In this document: positions 49,801 through 64,000 of the stretch, one piece after another | Layout of the letters: each line of letters starts with the position of its first letter | Position numbering within the stretch: position 1 is the stretch's first letter | From: Zygnema circumcarinatum SAG 698-1b | Taxonomy: Eukaryota > Plantae > Zygnematophyceae | Length of the DNA stretch: 64,000 bases | Direction of reading: 5' to 3' | Assembly: GCA_037447605.1 (NCBI GenBank) | Contig: CM074819.1 | Span: 1,696,297 to 1,760,296, forward strand | Position numbers and translations under genes: made by a program | The notes under the pieces: generated by a model | Seen by the model: only the letters and a program-made list of their open reading frames with translations | What the model was told of the DNA's origin: nothing | The model's database searches: none

Positions 49801-49976
49801 TCAACCCCTCCTACGACACGATCTATGCGCCAGTTCCGGAGCTTCTCCATGCGCAAAATCCGTCGAAATACCGGCCGATCAGTTGGGGGGAGTTTTCACG
49901 GAAACGAAACGACGGAAACTTTGGGGACTATGGGGAGGAGGTGCAGATTCACCACTATTACGCGGAGGGGCATTGA
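46826..49976 (+). CDS. 2-oxoglutarate/Fe(II)-dependent dioxygenase (plant DOXC class, At3g19000/At3g19010-like); exons ~46826-46853, 46987-47195, 47483-47530, 47672-47781, 48095-48259, 48771-49095, 49716-49976
   Basis: IPVIDLS, AACEEWGFFQVTGHGV, FFALPLEEK, GYFESELTKNVRDWKEVFD, LRLNNYPVCPDP, HKD...H Fe triad (GVSRHKDAGALT; SVEHRVV) and RLS (RxS) 2OG-binding motif. Splice phases are consistent. Confidence 0.93.
49108..49545. repeat. Degenerate ~21-bp tandem repeat (gtgtattgttagggtttccat), about 20 copies, in the last dioxygenase intron
   Basis: Recurring ttagggtttccatgtg(t/c)a units across ~440 bp. Confidence 0.85.
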
Positions 49977-50556
49977 GAGGGGCAGGGTTGGAAATAGGTT
50001 TGTATGAAATTGTGTGTTGAAAGGGATCATGTTTGCATGTTTGGCATGTCATGAATGGTTTTATAATGTTGTACGAACTTTAAAAGAAAAGGGTTGTTAG
50101 GGCAAGTCATGGCATGGGTTGTGATGAATTGTGGGCATAGAACGAAGGAGTTGGGCACATGGTGTGTGGAACATAGGAATGGAAACATGAGAGCTGCAAG
50201 GTTTGGTGTTGAACAACTCTCTACAATGCAATGCCTAGCAGTACAATGTTGTTGGAGCCAAGTTCGTGGATGGCATGCGCTCCTTGGAGTGGGTGGGTGA
50301 TCCAACGTATCAAAAACGGCCACGTGGGACCGTGCCAGCGTGGCCGAGCCCATGATTGGGGAGACCTCACAGGCCTTGGGACCGCCGAATGGCACAGGCA
50401 GGGCGCTTACGTCAGTAGAAAACTTTGCTGACGTGCTGCATGCGTCAGCAGCACCGGCACGCTGGGTTTCCCATATTTCAGTTGGAAGCCTTTTTGGAGT
50501 CGCGACCGATATTCGCATCCGAAAATGGGGTAAATTATTTCTGGATTTTTCTACTC

Positions 50557-50651
50557 CACGTGGCAACCACTGGAGCAAGAGATTTGAGCTGCTGACACGT
50601 GGCGCCACGTGGAACAAACAAATCACTTACGTCCACGTGTTCTAGCACGTG
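50557..50651. promoter_or_regulatory. G-box/ABRE cluster (5 CACGTG in ~95 bp)
   Basis: CACGTG at 50557, 50596, 50606, 50634 and 50646, including the perfect palindrome CACGTGGCGCCACGTG. Confidence 0.5.
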
Positions 50652-50893
50652 GCGTGTTCATATTGAATAACTTTGGACGCGCGCCACGGCAGTGTTCCTT
50701 TCGGCCTCGTCCGAAACGACAAACCTGGCCGCCCTTCCACCCAGCTGGCTTGCGGCCCGAAATTTGTACGGTCAAGTGGGTCTCCCGCCACGTAGGATCC
50801 TCGGGCCCTTCGAGAAATTTCCGCTGCCCGGAACCACACGTCTGTCAGGGCCGAAAGGGCCGGAGGCGATCCGATGCCGTACAGGTCGTGTCA

Positions 50894-51875
50894 CGTGTCG
50901 GACAAGGAGCCTAGTAACGTTCGTAGCCGCGGTGGCGCCGTACGAACGTGACACCTGCACTGTGACACCTAAATCTCACCCGCCAATCGCTTATTTGTCG
51001 TTTAGTATGATAATCTGTCTTATTAGATTTAGAGATATTGTACGGAAGCCTCGCATGCCCAGTGCAGATAGAAGCGCCACCGCCCAAGGGAGTGCTCTCC
51101 AGCCGCCACGTCGACATGAGGATATTTGTGTTATGCGTGACGTGTGTTTATTGGCTGAGGATCGCAACCTCCAATTGGGACAAAACACGTTGTCAATTCT
51201 ACGATCCTTGCTGGCAGCCTGGCCAAATCCAACCGGCGATCAGATCCTTACGATGATTTATGGCCGTCCGATTGTACGCAAATCCACGAACCGATCGAAC
51301 AAATTTTGGAGATTCCAGGAGATTTCCTTTAGGACCTGCACGATCACGACAAAAAAAACACGGTATCCATTGAGGAATCGACACGTCGCAAACCATTGGA
51401 GCCGCCAAAACCCGTCGCCGACGATTGGAGTCAGCGTGTCGGACGTAAAGCGCAGCAGCGTTCGTGGCCGCGGTGGCGCCGTACGAATGTGACACCTATC
51501 ATGTCGGTGCCGCCCTCTTGTTGTTGTCGTTTAATAGCATATTTTGTCTTATTAAATATAAGGGATACTTCACGAAATTTTTTCCTGCCCTTTACAAACA
51601 CGTGTCACCACCCAAGGGAGTGCTCTCCAGCCGCCACGTCAAGATGAGGATATTTGTGATTCGCGTGGTGTGTGCTGACTGGCTGAGGATCGCAGCGTTC
51701 AACTGGACGACACGTGGTCAATTACACGATCCTTGCTGGCAGGCTGGCCAAATTCAACCGTCGATCTAATTCTCGTGATTAGGGCCAACATACTCACGAC
51801 CAAAAAAATAGCACGGTGTCCATTGGAAGAATCTAAACGTGGCGGACCATGATTGGGTTTTGGAGCCGCGAGAAT
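50894..51875 (+). repeat. Diverged tandem duplication, period ~541 bp (copy 1 ~50894-51434, partial copy 2 ~51435-51875)
   Basis: Shared collinear blocks: cgttcgt(a/g)gccgcggtggcgccgtacgaa(c/t)gtgacacct; cccaagggagtgctctccagccgccacgtc; atgaggatatttgtg; tggctgaggatcgca; acgatccttgctggcag; ctggccaaat(c/t)caacc. Confidence 0.9.
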
Positions 51876-52462
51876 CTGAGTACTTTGAAAATGTCGCCAA
51901 TTTTGTACTCGGCGGATCCCTTGGCCCGCCAACGTGGCGCCGAGTCGAGTTGAGTTCGGCCTACTGCTGGGAGGCCTGTCGTTCAACTCATATGGAGAAA
52001 AGCCAATGAAACACTGTCTCGTGTCAGGATAATTTGTAAGATTCCACTACAGGAGCCAATAGGAGTAGCTCTCAATCTCCCGAGGAATCCAGCGTATCTT
52101 TTCTGCGACAGTCTATTGGCTGTTTAAGATTCGAGACAAATCGTGAATGGTAGAAAGGAGTCAAGTTTGGCCCTCGCCTGCCCAGGTGCCGCTCGGAGCA
52201 TTTTCGCATGCCTGAACTGGAGCACCGACAAGGATTTGATTTCGCGCCGGTCACCGCTTTTTTTTCCCATCGCTCTGATACCTGCCCGAGACGGTACATC
52301 TTTGAAAATAAATTTGAGCCTAAAGTTGGAGCGTGAGATGAAACCACAAAAGAGAAATATGAAAAAAATATATTTTAGGTTCCAAGATTTTTGGTTTCCA
52401 TTAGAAAGGTCCTTCCACTGGCAAACAAACAATTTTGGTGAGGCGGAGCTGCACTAACTGGT

Positions 52463-52598
52463 TGAAAATTTCCCCTCCCTGCGCGCGGGCAGCCAATAGT
52501 CGCCAAATATGACGGGAGGCTAAAAAAAAATGAAAATTTTCCCTCTCCTGTCCGCGGGCAGCAAATAGTCGCCAAATATTACGAGAGGCCCAAAAAAA
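52463..52598 (+). repeat. 68-bp direct repeat x2 upstream of the AP2-domain gene
   Basis: tgaaaatttcccctccctgcgcgcgggcagccaatagtcgccaaatatgacgggaggc / tgaaaattttccctctcctgtccgcgggcagcaaatagtcgccaaatattacgagaggc. Confidence 0.85.
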
Positions 52599-53111
52599 TT
52601 GTGCCCGCCCAGCCGGCGGTCAGCGGCGGCCCTTGCAGGCGGGCCTTGCTGCTGCCGCGGGCGGCCGGCGGCGGCCTGTCTGCCCCTTGAGGCCTTGCAA
52701 GGCCGGTCGGTCGGTCGATCCAAATATCTGGAAGGAAGGCGCTCCTTCACTCTCGATGTGTCTCTCTCCAGGACTGCCTGAAAGCATTCACTAAGTAAGC
52801 GCACCTTCAAGAAGCGGTTGGCAGCTCCTGTTCTGCAGAACCTGCACACAGCGGGGATGAAACATTCTATTGATCAGCTTCAAAATTGTTGCAATCTCTG
52901 ATTAGAAAGCGTTTGGTATCTCTCCTAGATTGTTTTGCAACTTCTGCACACAGGGAGGGTCAGAATTCGCTCATGCAGTCGCTTGCTTCTATTGGATATC
53001 TTCGTCTTGACAGTGCCTGAGTCAATAGTTACATCTGCTTGGCGAAGAAAAGCTGTAGGGATTATTCCCAAGCTGCTGGAGTCATAGCTAGAGCAAGGGT
53101 GGAGTGTGAAG

Positions 53112-56100
53112 ATGTCTTCTTGCAGGGTTTGGGAAGACGGTAAGAGTCAGAGTAACGTTTCGGTTCGACATCGGATGGATCTGATATTTGCTGCAATCAG
53201 ATATTAAGCCAAAAAAACTTAACTGAACTCCTCACGTTTTATGCAGAACAGTTGCTTCTATATCTACGCAGTTTTTTTCAGTAGCAAAAAATAACGAAAC
53301 AGACTTTTTTTATTTCATGGGCAGTCTCATCGTTCAGCTCTTGTTCTGTATGTGAGCAGATAAGGAGAAGCAACCAGGAAGCAGCTTGGTGAAAGCACAG
53401 CGCTCGTCGTCTACAAGAGATGGATTTGTATTCGAATCAACTGTACTTGCTAATGCTGCTGTTAAAGAAGAAGCTCAGATTCCCACGCTTGTAAGCGACG
53501 AGTTCAGGCAAGCAAGCACCTTAGGATTCCCTGCAATGCTTAGCGTTTGTGAGTATATTTTTGCATGAATCTAGCACTTGCTTTGGATCCGGCCATCGCT
53601 ATGAACTGTCGTTTCCCATGCATGCTTCCGTTTTTTGCCTCAGCTAGAGATTTTTTCCTTTTTGAAAGAAACTCTACTTGAAGGGGACTGAGCTTACCCG
53701 GAATCTTCCATTGGTGCAGCTTGAAAAGTTCCTTGAGCCTGGAAGCTCTTCAGGGAGGAAGCGCTCAGCAAGTAGACTCGGTAACACCACGCAAATCATA
53801 CAGGCAAACATCACAGTTCTGTGGAGTATCAAGTGATTCAAGCGGAAGATGGGAGGCTTACGTCTATTCAGCACGCAAGAAAATGTAAGTTCTGGCACTT
53901 TTGATCGCTGCCTCTGAGATTGACTTTGAAGCATGAATGCGTGAACAATTAAGGTATGCTTGGTTTTCAATTTTCACTCGCTCTGTGATTGCAGATATCT
54001 TGGAAACTGGGATGATGTTGAATCTGCTGCCAGAGCGCACGATCAAGCCACTATTTGCATATTTGGTAGACTTGCAACGAATCTGAACTTCCCTATGAAT
54101 GGTAAGCTATGCAGTTCCAAGCAAGTCGTGTCCCATCTGCAAGTCAGTTTTGAAGACTTGTAAACTCACTGCTGCGGTATCTTTTGCATTCCTTTGTTGT
54201 GCTTGAATTCTCACCGAAATTTCTTCGGAATACAGGCCTTTCTGAAGCCAGTTAAGCTCACGTAGGTTAGTACAAACTAGAAATGACGCATATCTGTTTT
54301 GTTGCTTCTGGTTGTTGCAGATTATCAGGACGAATTAGAGCTTCTGGAGTCTCTTCCAAAGGGTGAGGTGGTGGCCCGGCTTCGTCTAGAGGCAAAGCAA
54401 TCGAAACGACTTGGTCGCCACGGACTGATGAAATCGGATGTGGTTCGTTATAGTGGTGATCGTCAGCAGAGTAAGCCAGTAGTGAAATTCCGCTTCACGC
54501 GCATATTTTCTCGAGACGTTGCTCTTATTGTTGCTGATAAGAGCTAAAATTTTCAAAGCAAAAAGGGAATTCCAGGACATCAAAGCAGAGGTCGCAACTG
54601 ATGCTTCATGCTTAGCCAGGAATGTCCCGCTTGATTTGAAATTTTGAACTGTATCTGATAATTTTTGACAGGGTGGGCGTGCCAGACGAGAAATGCGTAG
54701 AAGCATTGCGTCCGATGCAACCAGACATCCAGAAAAAGATCGCAGAAGTGTCATCAAATGGACTAGTACCATTGACGTTCCCTGCTGTCTCTTCGAGCCC
54801 ACCTTTGACTCAGCCGTCACTTGGTGCAGCATCTGCAAATACTTCAGGCCGAGTCCTTATGTCGTCGTCTCCATCGTTTTCAACAAACGTCTGTACAAGT
54901 TCTCAACAAAAATTTCACAGTCATTCGTTTACGAAAAATGAATCAAGCAGGAGTCTATCGCCACAAAAGCGGCAACGGCTCCATGGCAGCATCTCCGATA
55001 GCTATGAATCAGCTGGAACGCAGTAAGTCACAGCTTTAGAGATTTTGGATTCTCTGCTTGAAATGAATCGGTGACGAGTTCATTGAAATTTTACTCACAA
55101 TACATCCTGACATCGAGCCTTGTGTTTTTCGCCTTATTCAGGCACGTTGAGAGGCATAATCTCGCACATACAATGCCAAGGAACTCTGCTGATCCTACTG
55201 GTCTTTCGCAGGTGAACTCTCGTGTGAATAATTTTGGATGTTCCCATTTCCCAAATAACCTGCTTAATGGCTGTATATTGATGCTTAATGTTTGTACTAA
55301 GTGTCTGAGAAGTGTGTGCTGGAGTATGAGAGAGTGAAGGGGAGAGGGCGGGAGGGAGGGACGGAGAGAATTAGAGTAGTGGGGGAGAGAACGGGTTGGT
55401 GGGGTGGAGGGGAAGGGGAGGCGGGGATGGAGAGGACGAGAAAGAGGGGGGGAGAGAGAGGAGGGAGGGGGAAGTAATATCGATAGAGTGGGAGAGAACG
55501 GGTGGGAGGCCGACGGAGGGGAGAGGAAAGTGAGATGACGAGGGGGGAGGGTGAGAAAGGGAAAAAATGAGGGAGAGAACGGGAGGAAAGAGGGGTGTGG
55601 GAATAGATGGGAAGAAAGAGGAGTGGGGGAGGGGGGAAAGTGAGGGAGGCAGAGAAAGGGATACTGAGAGGGAGAGAACGGGTGGGAGAGAGGGGCGGAG
55701 GTCGGGAGAATGAGAGAGGCAGGGAGAGATCGGATGAGGGGAAGGGGGGGAGAAGAGGAAAGTGAGAAGGTTGGCCGGGTAGAGGAAGGGGGGCAGGAAG
55801 GGGTTGGGAGAGGGGGAGCGCGTGTATTTAACACATGATGCTAGGTCTGAACCTGACCTCGCCTGATCACTGAGACCTCCTGAAATCTGCGTTTCTTGAC
55901 AGGAAAATCAGAGCTCAATTTCCCACCAGTCATCTATGCAAGAGCATCCAGTGCTGAGTAATTACACTCTAAAAAAAATCGAAGCAGTTAGCGAGGATAA
56001 GGCTCAAAGTAGAATCTCTTCGACGATCGAGGCTCCAAAAGCAAACGCTTCCTCTAATACGAACGCGCAAAGGTTTTCGGAACCATCTCGACATTCTGCA

Positions 56101-57266
56101 AGGAGTCCTGGATTCCTAAAACGTCCCCTGAACTATGTACCGAATCAATCGCGTCATCCTTTGGAGGCGAAGGGAGAGGAAAGGCCTCATGGCTCCTCTT
56201 TGACACTGCCATACATCAACACAGCTGGTGGAACTCAAGCAGCAAATCATGTTCCAGGATGCAGATGTACGCATGCAGGCGTCTTTCAGCGAGCAAAGGG
56301 ACCGCATCTTCCTGTCGAAGCCTACCACCTTCACAAGCCAGACTCTTTTTTCCGGCCTATGCCAAACGTTTCAGGCTTGGGAGAGGCTTCCACTCAAGGT
56401 ATGGAAAATTCTGCCAAATTGTAGTTTTCGGTGTATTTCTTCATTGCTCATTTTATCGTGTTTTTCAAGACGCAGACGGCTGAATATTTGAGTACTATGC
56501 AAGCGACAAGAGATATCGTTGTTGTGCTTCCGTTTGGAGTTCTTTTGTCGGCTTTTCTTTTTGTTGTTGATGATGCGCTGTACCTTTTGCGACTCGTTGT
56601 ACAAATTCCAGCTACTGATTCTCACTAAGCAGTGCTTGCATGCTTTCTGCCAAAAGGATGATGCATGGCTTTTCTATGACGTGCTGCAGGGCATTTCATT
56701 GGCATGCGCCCATCTGTAGGTCAGCACCGACATCATCAGCATCATCACCACTATCATCAGACTCATCACCATACGAAACCTACAAATGCTCCCAATAAGC
56801 ATCCTCCAAATCGGACCTTGTTTCGACCGAAAGCGATGCGTCTGCCAGCATCGCCTTTTCCCAAAAAGGCAAGTTCTGCCCATGGTTTCCTGTTCCTACG
56901 GCTATAAGGAGCTTCTTTCGTAAACACTCACTGCACGTTCAATTAACTCTCTGGCCAAAATCCAAACCAAACCAAACCTAACCTAACCCAACCTAACCAA
57001 CCAAGCAATCCAAACCAAGCCAAACCTTCAACCAGATTAAGGAAGTTCGACCTCCTGACATTCCCGTGACTGACCTGCTTTTGCAGGAAATGTGCTCCAG
57101 CTCTCTCACCACATGCAGCCAAAAGCCAGTCGCTGGAGAAGCGAAAGCGGCTGTGATTTCTTTGGAACGGAGCGATACAGGCGCCTTCTCACAAGTCACT
57201 TCGATGAACCACTCGGAGCTGACGGCTCGTATGGACGCAGAGGAGAAGATGCAGAGATACGTTTAA
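53112..57266 (+). CDS. AP2-domain transcription factor with a single divergent AP2 domain (exons 53112-53139, 53360-53507, 53720-53884, 53995-54101, 54321-54470; later exons to ~57266 uncertain)
   Basis: Spliced TSQFCGVSSDSSGRWEAYVYSARKKIYLGNWDDVESAARAHDQATICIFGRLATNLNFPMNDYQDELELLESLPKGEVVARLR matches the AP2 fold (GV...GRWEA...YLG...AARAHD...LNFP). The C-terminal exons are low-complexity and inferred only from splice signals and ORFs. Confidence 0.75.
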
Positions 57267-58839
57267 TGCAAGGCCGGCTCCAGAACCGTTTCTGTCGGAA
57301 GAATTTTGATGAGAATTGAGGGAGGGAGAGCGAAAGGCAGGGAGAGTGGGGTCTGAGTGGGGAGGGAGGGCGGGATTTTTCATATGTGGTAAGTCTTGGG
57401 GATTTGAGAAACGGAGGTAGCAACAACAGGGCTTCTTGGTTTCTTCGGTTTCAACAGGGTCAATGCGATGCTCAGCTAGAATTGCCGATTGTCCGTTTTC
57501 TGCCAACAGTTTTTCGTCTCCTTCAAGGCGCCTGCCGTGAGAAAGCGAGCCAGAGAGGCCGCGCGAGTGAGAGAGAGGGAGGAGAGGGAGTAGGGAAACG
57601 GAGTAGGGGACGGGAGGGCCTAGGTGGGAGGATGGAAAGACAGACAAATGAAGGTAGGTGGAGGGCGCTTAGTTGGGTAGCTTATTCCCCTTTCGTTTTT
57701 CTGAAGGGTGTTAGTTGAACTATAGTTTTTGGCTGCAATTTCCATCTTCGTTTTTCTTTTCTTCTCCTTTTACCATTTCCTTTTTGCCATTTAGCTCTTG
57801 CTTTTGGACGTATCGCATTCTTTGTTACTTAGAAAGAGTGCAACGCTGAGCCTCGTGCTTTATCAATCTGAGTTTGAGGGTTTCTAGGGATTTTCGGTTT
57901 CTTCTGGTTTCTGGGATTTCTAGGGTTTCTGAGGTCTTAAGAGTTACTGGGGTTTTCAGATGCTTTTTAGGCTTTAAAGGACACCACGGCGTCGTTATGT
58001 CCACATCGATGACAGATTGCACGCCTCCAACATCATGACCACATGAAAACTAGAAAGGAACCAAACGCAGCAAACTTATCCCACGCTAAGTTGAAATTCA
58101 GTTTCCAACTTTCAATTGAAATTTTGAACCGCGCGTGCCGGTACTGCCGGCGAATGCGAAACGTCAGGGAAGAGTTTAGTTTTGCTGACGTGCAAAATCC
58201 CTTCTAGAGATCTGCTGTGGAAGCATCTCAAATCTGCCTCCCATTCACCTCATCATCAGCATCACATCTGCCATTGGCATGAGATACCTGAATCCTCTCC
58301 TCTATATATGTCGCAAGTACACTGCCACTGTGGCCCACTCCTTTCCCTTTACCGTACCCTAATTCCTATCAAAACCGCCACTTGTTTCGAAAACTTAACA
58401 ATAGTGGCTCAGCCTAAAAATCTCCTCTGCACTCTGCAGGAAGGCTCTCGGTCTCCCAATTTCTCGCATGCAGCAATTCCCAACAGAAACAACGCGTTGG
58501 AGGCAGACTCAGCTCTCCCATTCCCATTATGAGCTCCTCCTCTACCTAAATCTTGAGTTACACCTGACCTACTTCATCCTCTCCCTCTCCCTCTCCTCGC
58601 TCTCCTCCCTTTCCTACTCTCTCTCTCCTCCCTGTCCCACTCCTCTCCCCTCCCTCTCCTTCTCCTCCGCCTCCCTCTCCTCTCCTCCTCCCCCTTACTT
58701 TCCCTTCTCCTCCTCCCTCTCCTCCCAGGCCTCCTTCCCCTCCCCCCCATCCTCCTCCCCGCCTACTCCCCCTCCTCCCACTGCTCCTCCCTCTCCCCCC
58801 TGCTCGTTCCCCCTTTCCCCATCCTCCCTTTCCTCTCCT

Positions 58840-62791
<3,952 letters not shown>

Positions 62792-63666
62792 CGCCGCAAA
62801 CTGACAAAGAGCCGCTCAAAGCTTGAACGAAACATTTTGAGAACCATGTTGCCGTTCACTGAGGCATCACCCTTGTGCAGAAAACCTGCAAACACAAGGA
62901 CTTGCAAAAAGTAGCCGATGCAAGTTACAAGCTGCAACACTCTTCTCTCTCTCTCTCTCTCTCCCACTACTCTCTCTCTCCTGTCTTCTCTCTCTCTATC
63001 GGTCTCTCTCTCTCAAACACACACACACACAAAAATAGACTTCTCGAAGCTCTAAAAAGTTGGAGAGGGATTGGTACAAAAAATCCAGAAACTAATAAAG
63101 CACTGCTTGTCCTTGCAGGAAGCACCTTCTTTCCTCGGAAAAAGTATTTTCTTGCAAAAAGACTGACGCGGATTCTTACCAGGAGATTGCTCGCTCCACT
63201 CAAGAAAAGACCCTTCCAAGCAATAATTGACACATGCGTCATGATTTTAACATCCAAATAGTATGGAAAAGCTGTAAGAAATAAGAAATACTTTTCTTCA
63301 GCAAGACTGATGCACCCCTCTCTATGCCTGCAAGGAAAGGTCTAAAACAAACCTGGTCAAGCAAGTGAGCCTCGTTTGGTTGCTCTGCACTGCTTCCCTG
63401 TCCTCCTCCTACAGAAGTGAGCAGCAGCAGTACAAAACTGGCGTGCCGTCAGATTGCGCTCTTATTGTGCTTGTTTTACCTGCTCCGTTTGGTATCCTTG
63501 TTCCTTATCTCTTAAAATTTTGGTATGGTCTCCTGCTCCAGCTGCTGCAGGAGCAGGATCAGCGCTTAGACCTTACAATCAACAGGCCTTTCAAGGAAGT
63601 GAAATCATCTTCCGGCACTTGGATATGCATGCATGCATGCATGATCCTCAGCGTTTCAATGATCGC

Positions 63667-63716
<50 letters not shown>

Positions 63717-64000
63717 GGGAGAGAGAGGAGAGAGAAAGAAAAGATTAACGCTGAGGCCGGCGGCTTAAAAATCCCTTTTTCCAATTTTTCTTGGCGGCTG
63801 CCCGGATCATCTCCGCCAACCACCGTGTTCCATCGGCTGCCCAAATTTCCCGAAGCTTCGCAAAACCTTCGTGTACCGTACATGCTCGTACGAAAATTTA
63901 CGTCATCTCATTTCAAAGTACTGTAGTTGATGCATGCCTGACGTGTCACAAACCGCAATTTGTGGTTCCGCAATTTGTGGTTTCGCATTTGCCAGTTGGC

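Noticed and set aside
52612-52712. GCC-box-like motifs and a 14-bp palindrome (ggccttgcaaggcc) before the AP2 gene, suggesting autoregulation
   Set aside because: Expected by chance in very GC-rich sequence, and the AP2 domain is not of the GCC-binding ERF type.
50027-52849. ORFs of 100-266 aa between the dioxygenase and the AP2 gene
   Set aside because: No homology recognised, and the duplicated copies differ by frame-breaking indels, which argues against coding.

Overview
Eukaryotic, intron-rich plant-lineage genomic DNA, not prokaryotic. The gene content (WOX homeobox, plastid RH39-type DEAD-box helicase, plant-type UPL1/2, DOXC-type dioxygenase, AP2 domain, plus an intact B12-dependent methylmalonyl-CoA mutase) and the GA/CT-microsatellite-filled introns point to a streptophyte alga; this taxonomy is inference. 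Seven spliced genes can be built by hand: WOX (-), RH39-like helicase (-), a ~4,240-aa UPL1/2 HECT E3 ligase (+), MUT (-), a 2OG-Fe(II) dioxygenase (+), a single-AP2-domain factor (+) and a Gln-rich orphan (-). Most of the supplied ORF track is noise from GA/CT repeats. Main points of interest: (1) a WOX protein combining the WOX13-clade N-terminal motif with the WOX8/9/11/12-type C-terminal domain; (2) a 56-bp intronic hairpin with G-U wobbles favoured on the transcribed strand (pre-miRNA-like); (3) a MITE-like family with three copies in intergenic or upstream DNA; (4) dense, partly 10-bp-phased GTAC (SBP/CuRE core) arrays; (5) a duplicated 3' splice site that would turn the split catalytic Cys codon of UPL1 into TGA; (6) retention of cobalamin-dependent MUT. 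Exon boundaries were read by eye and may be off by a few bases.
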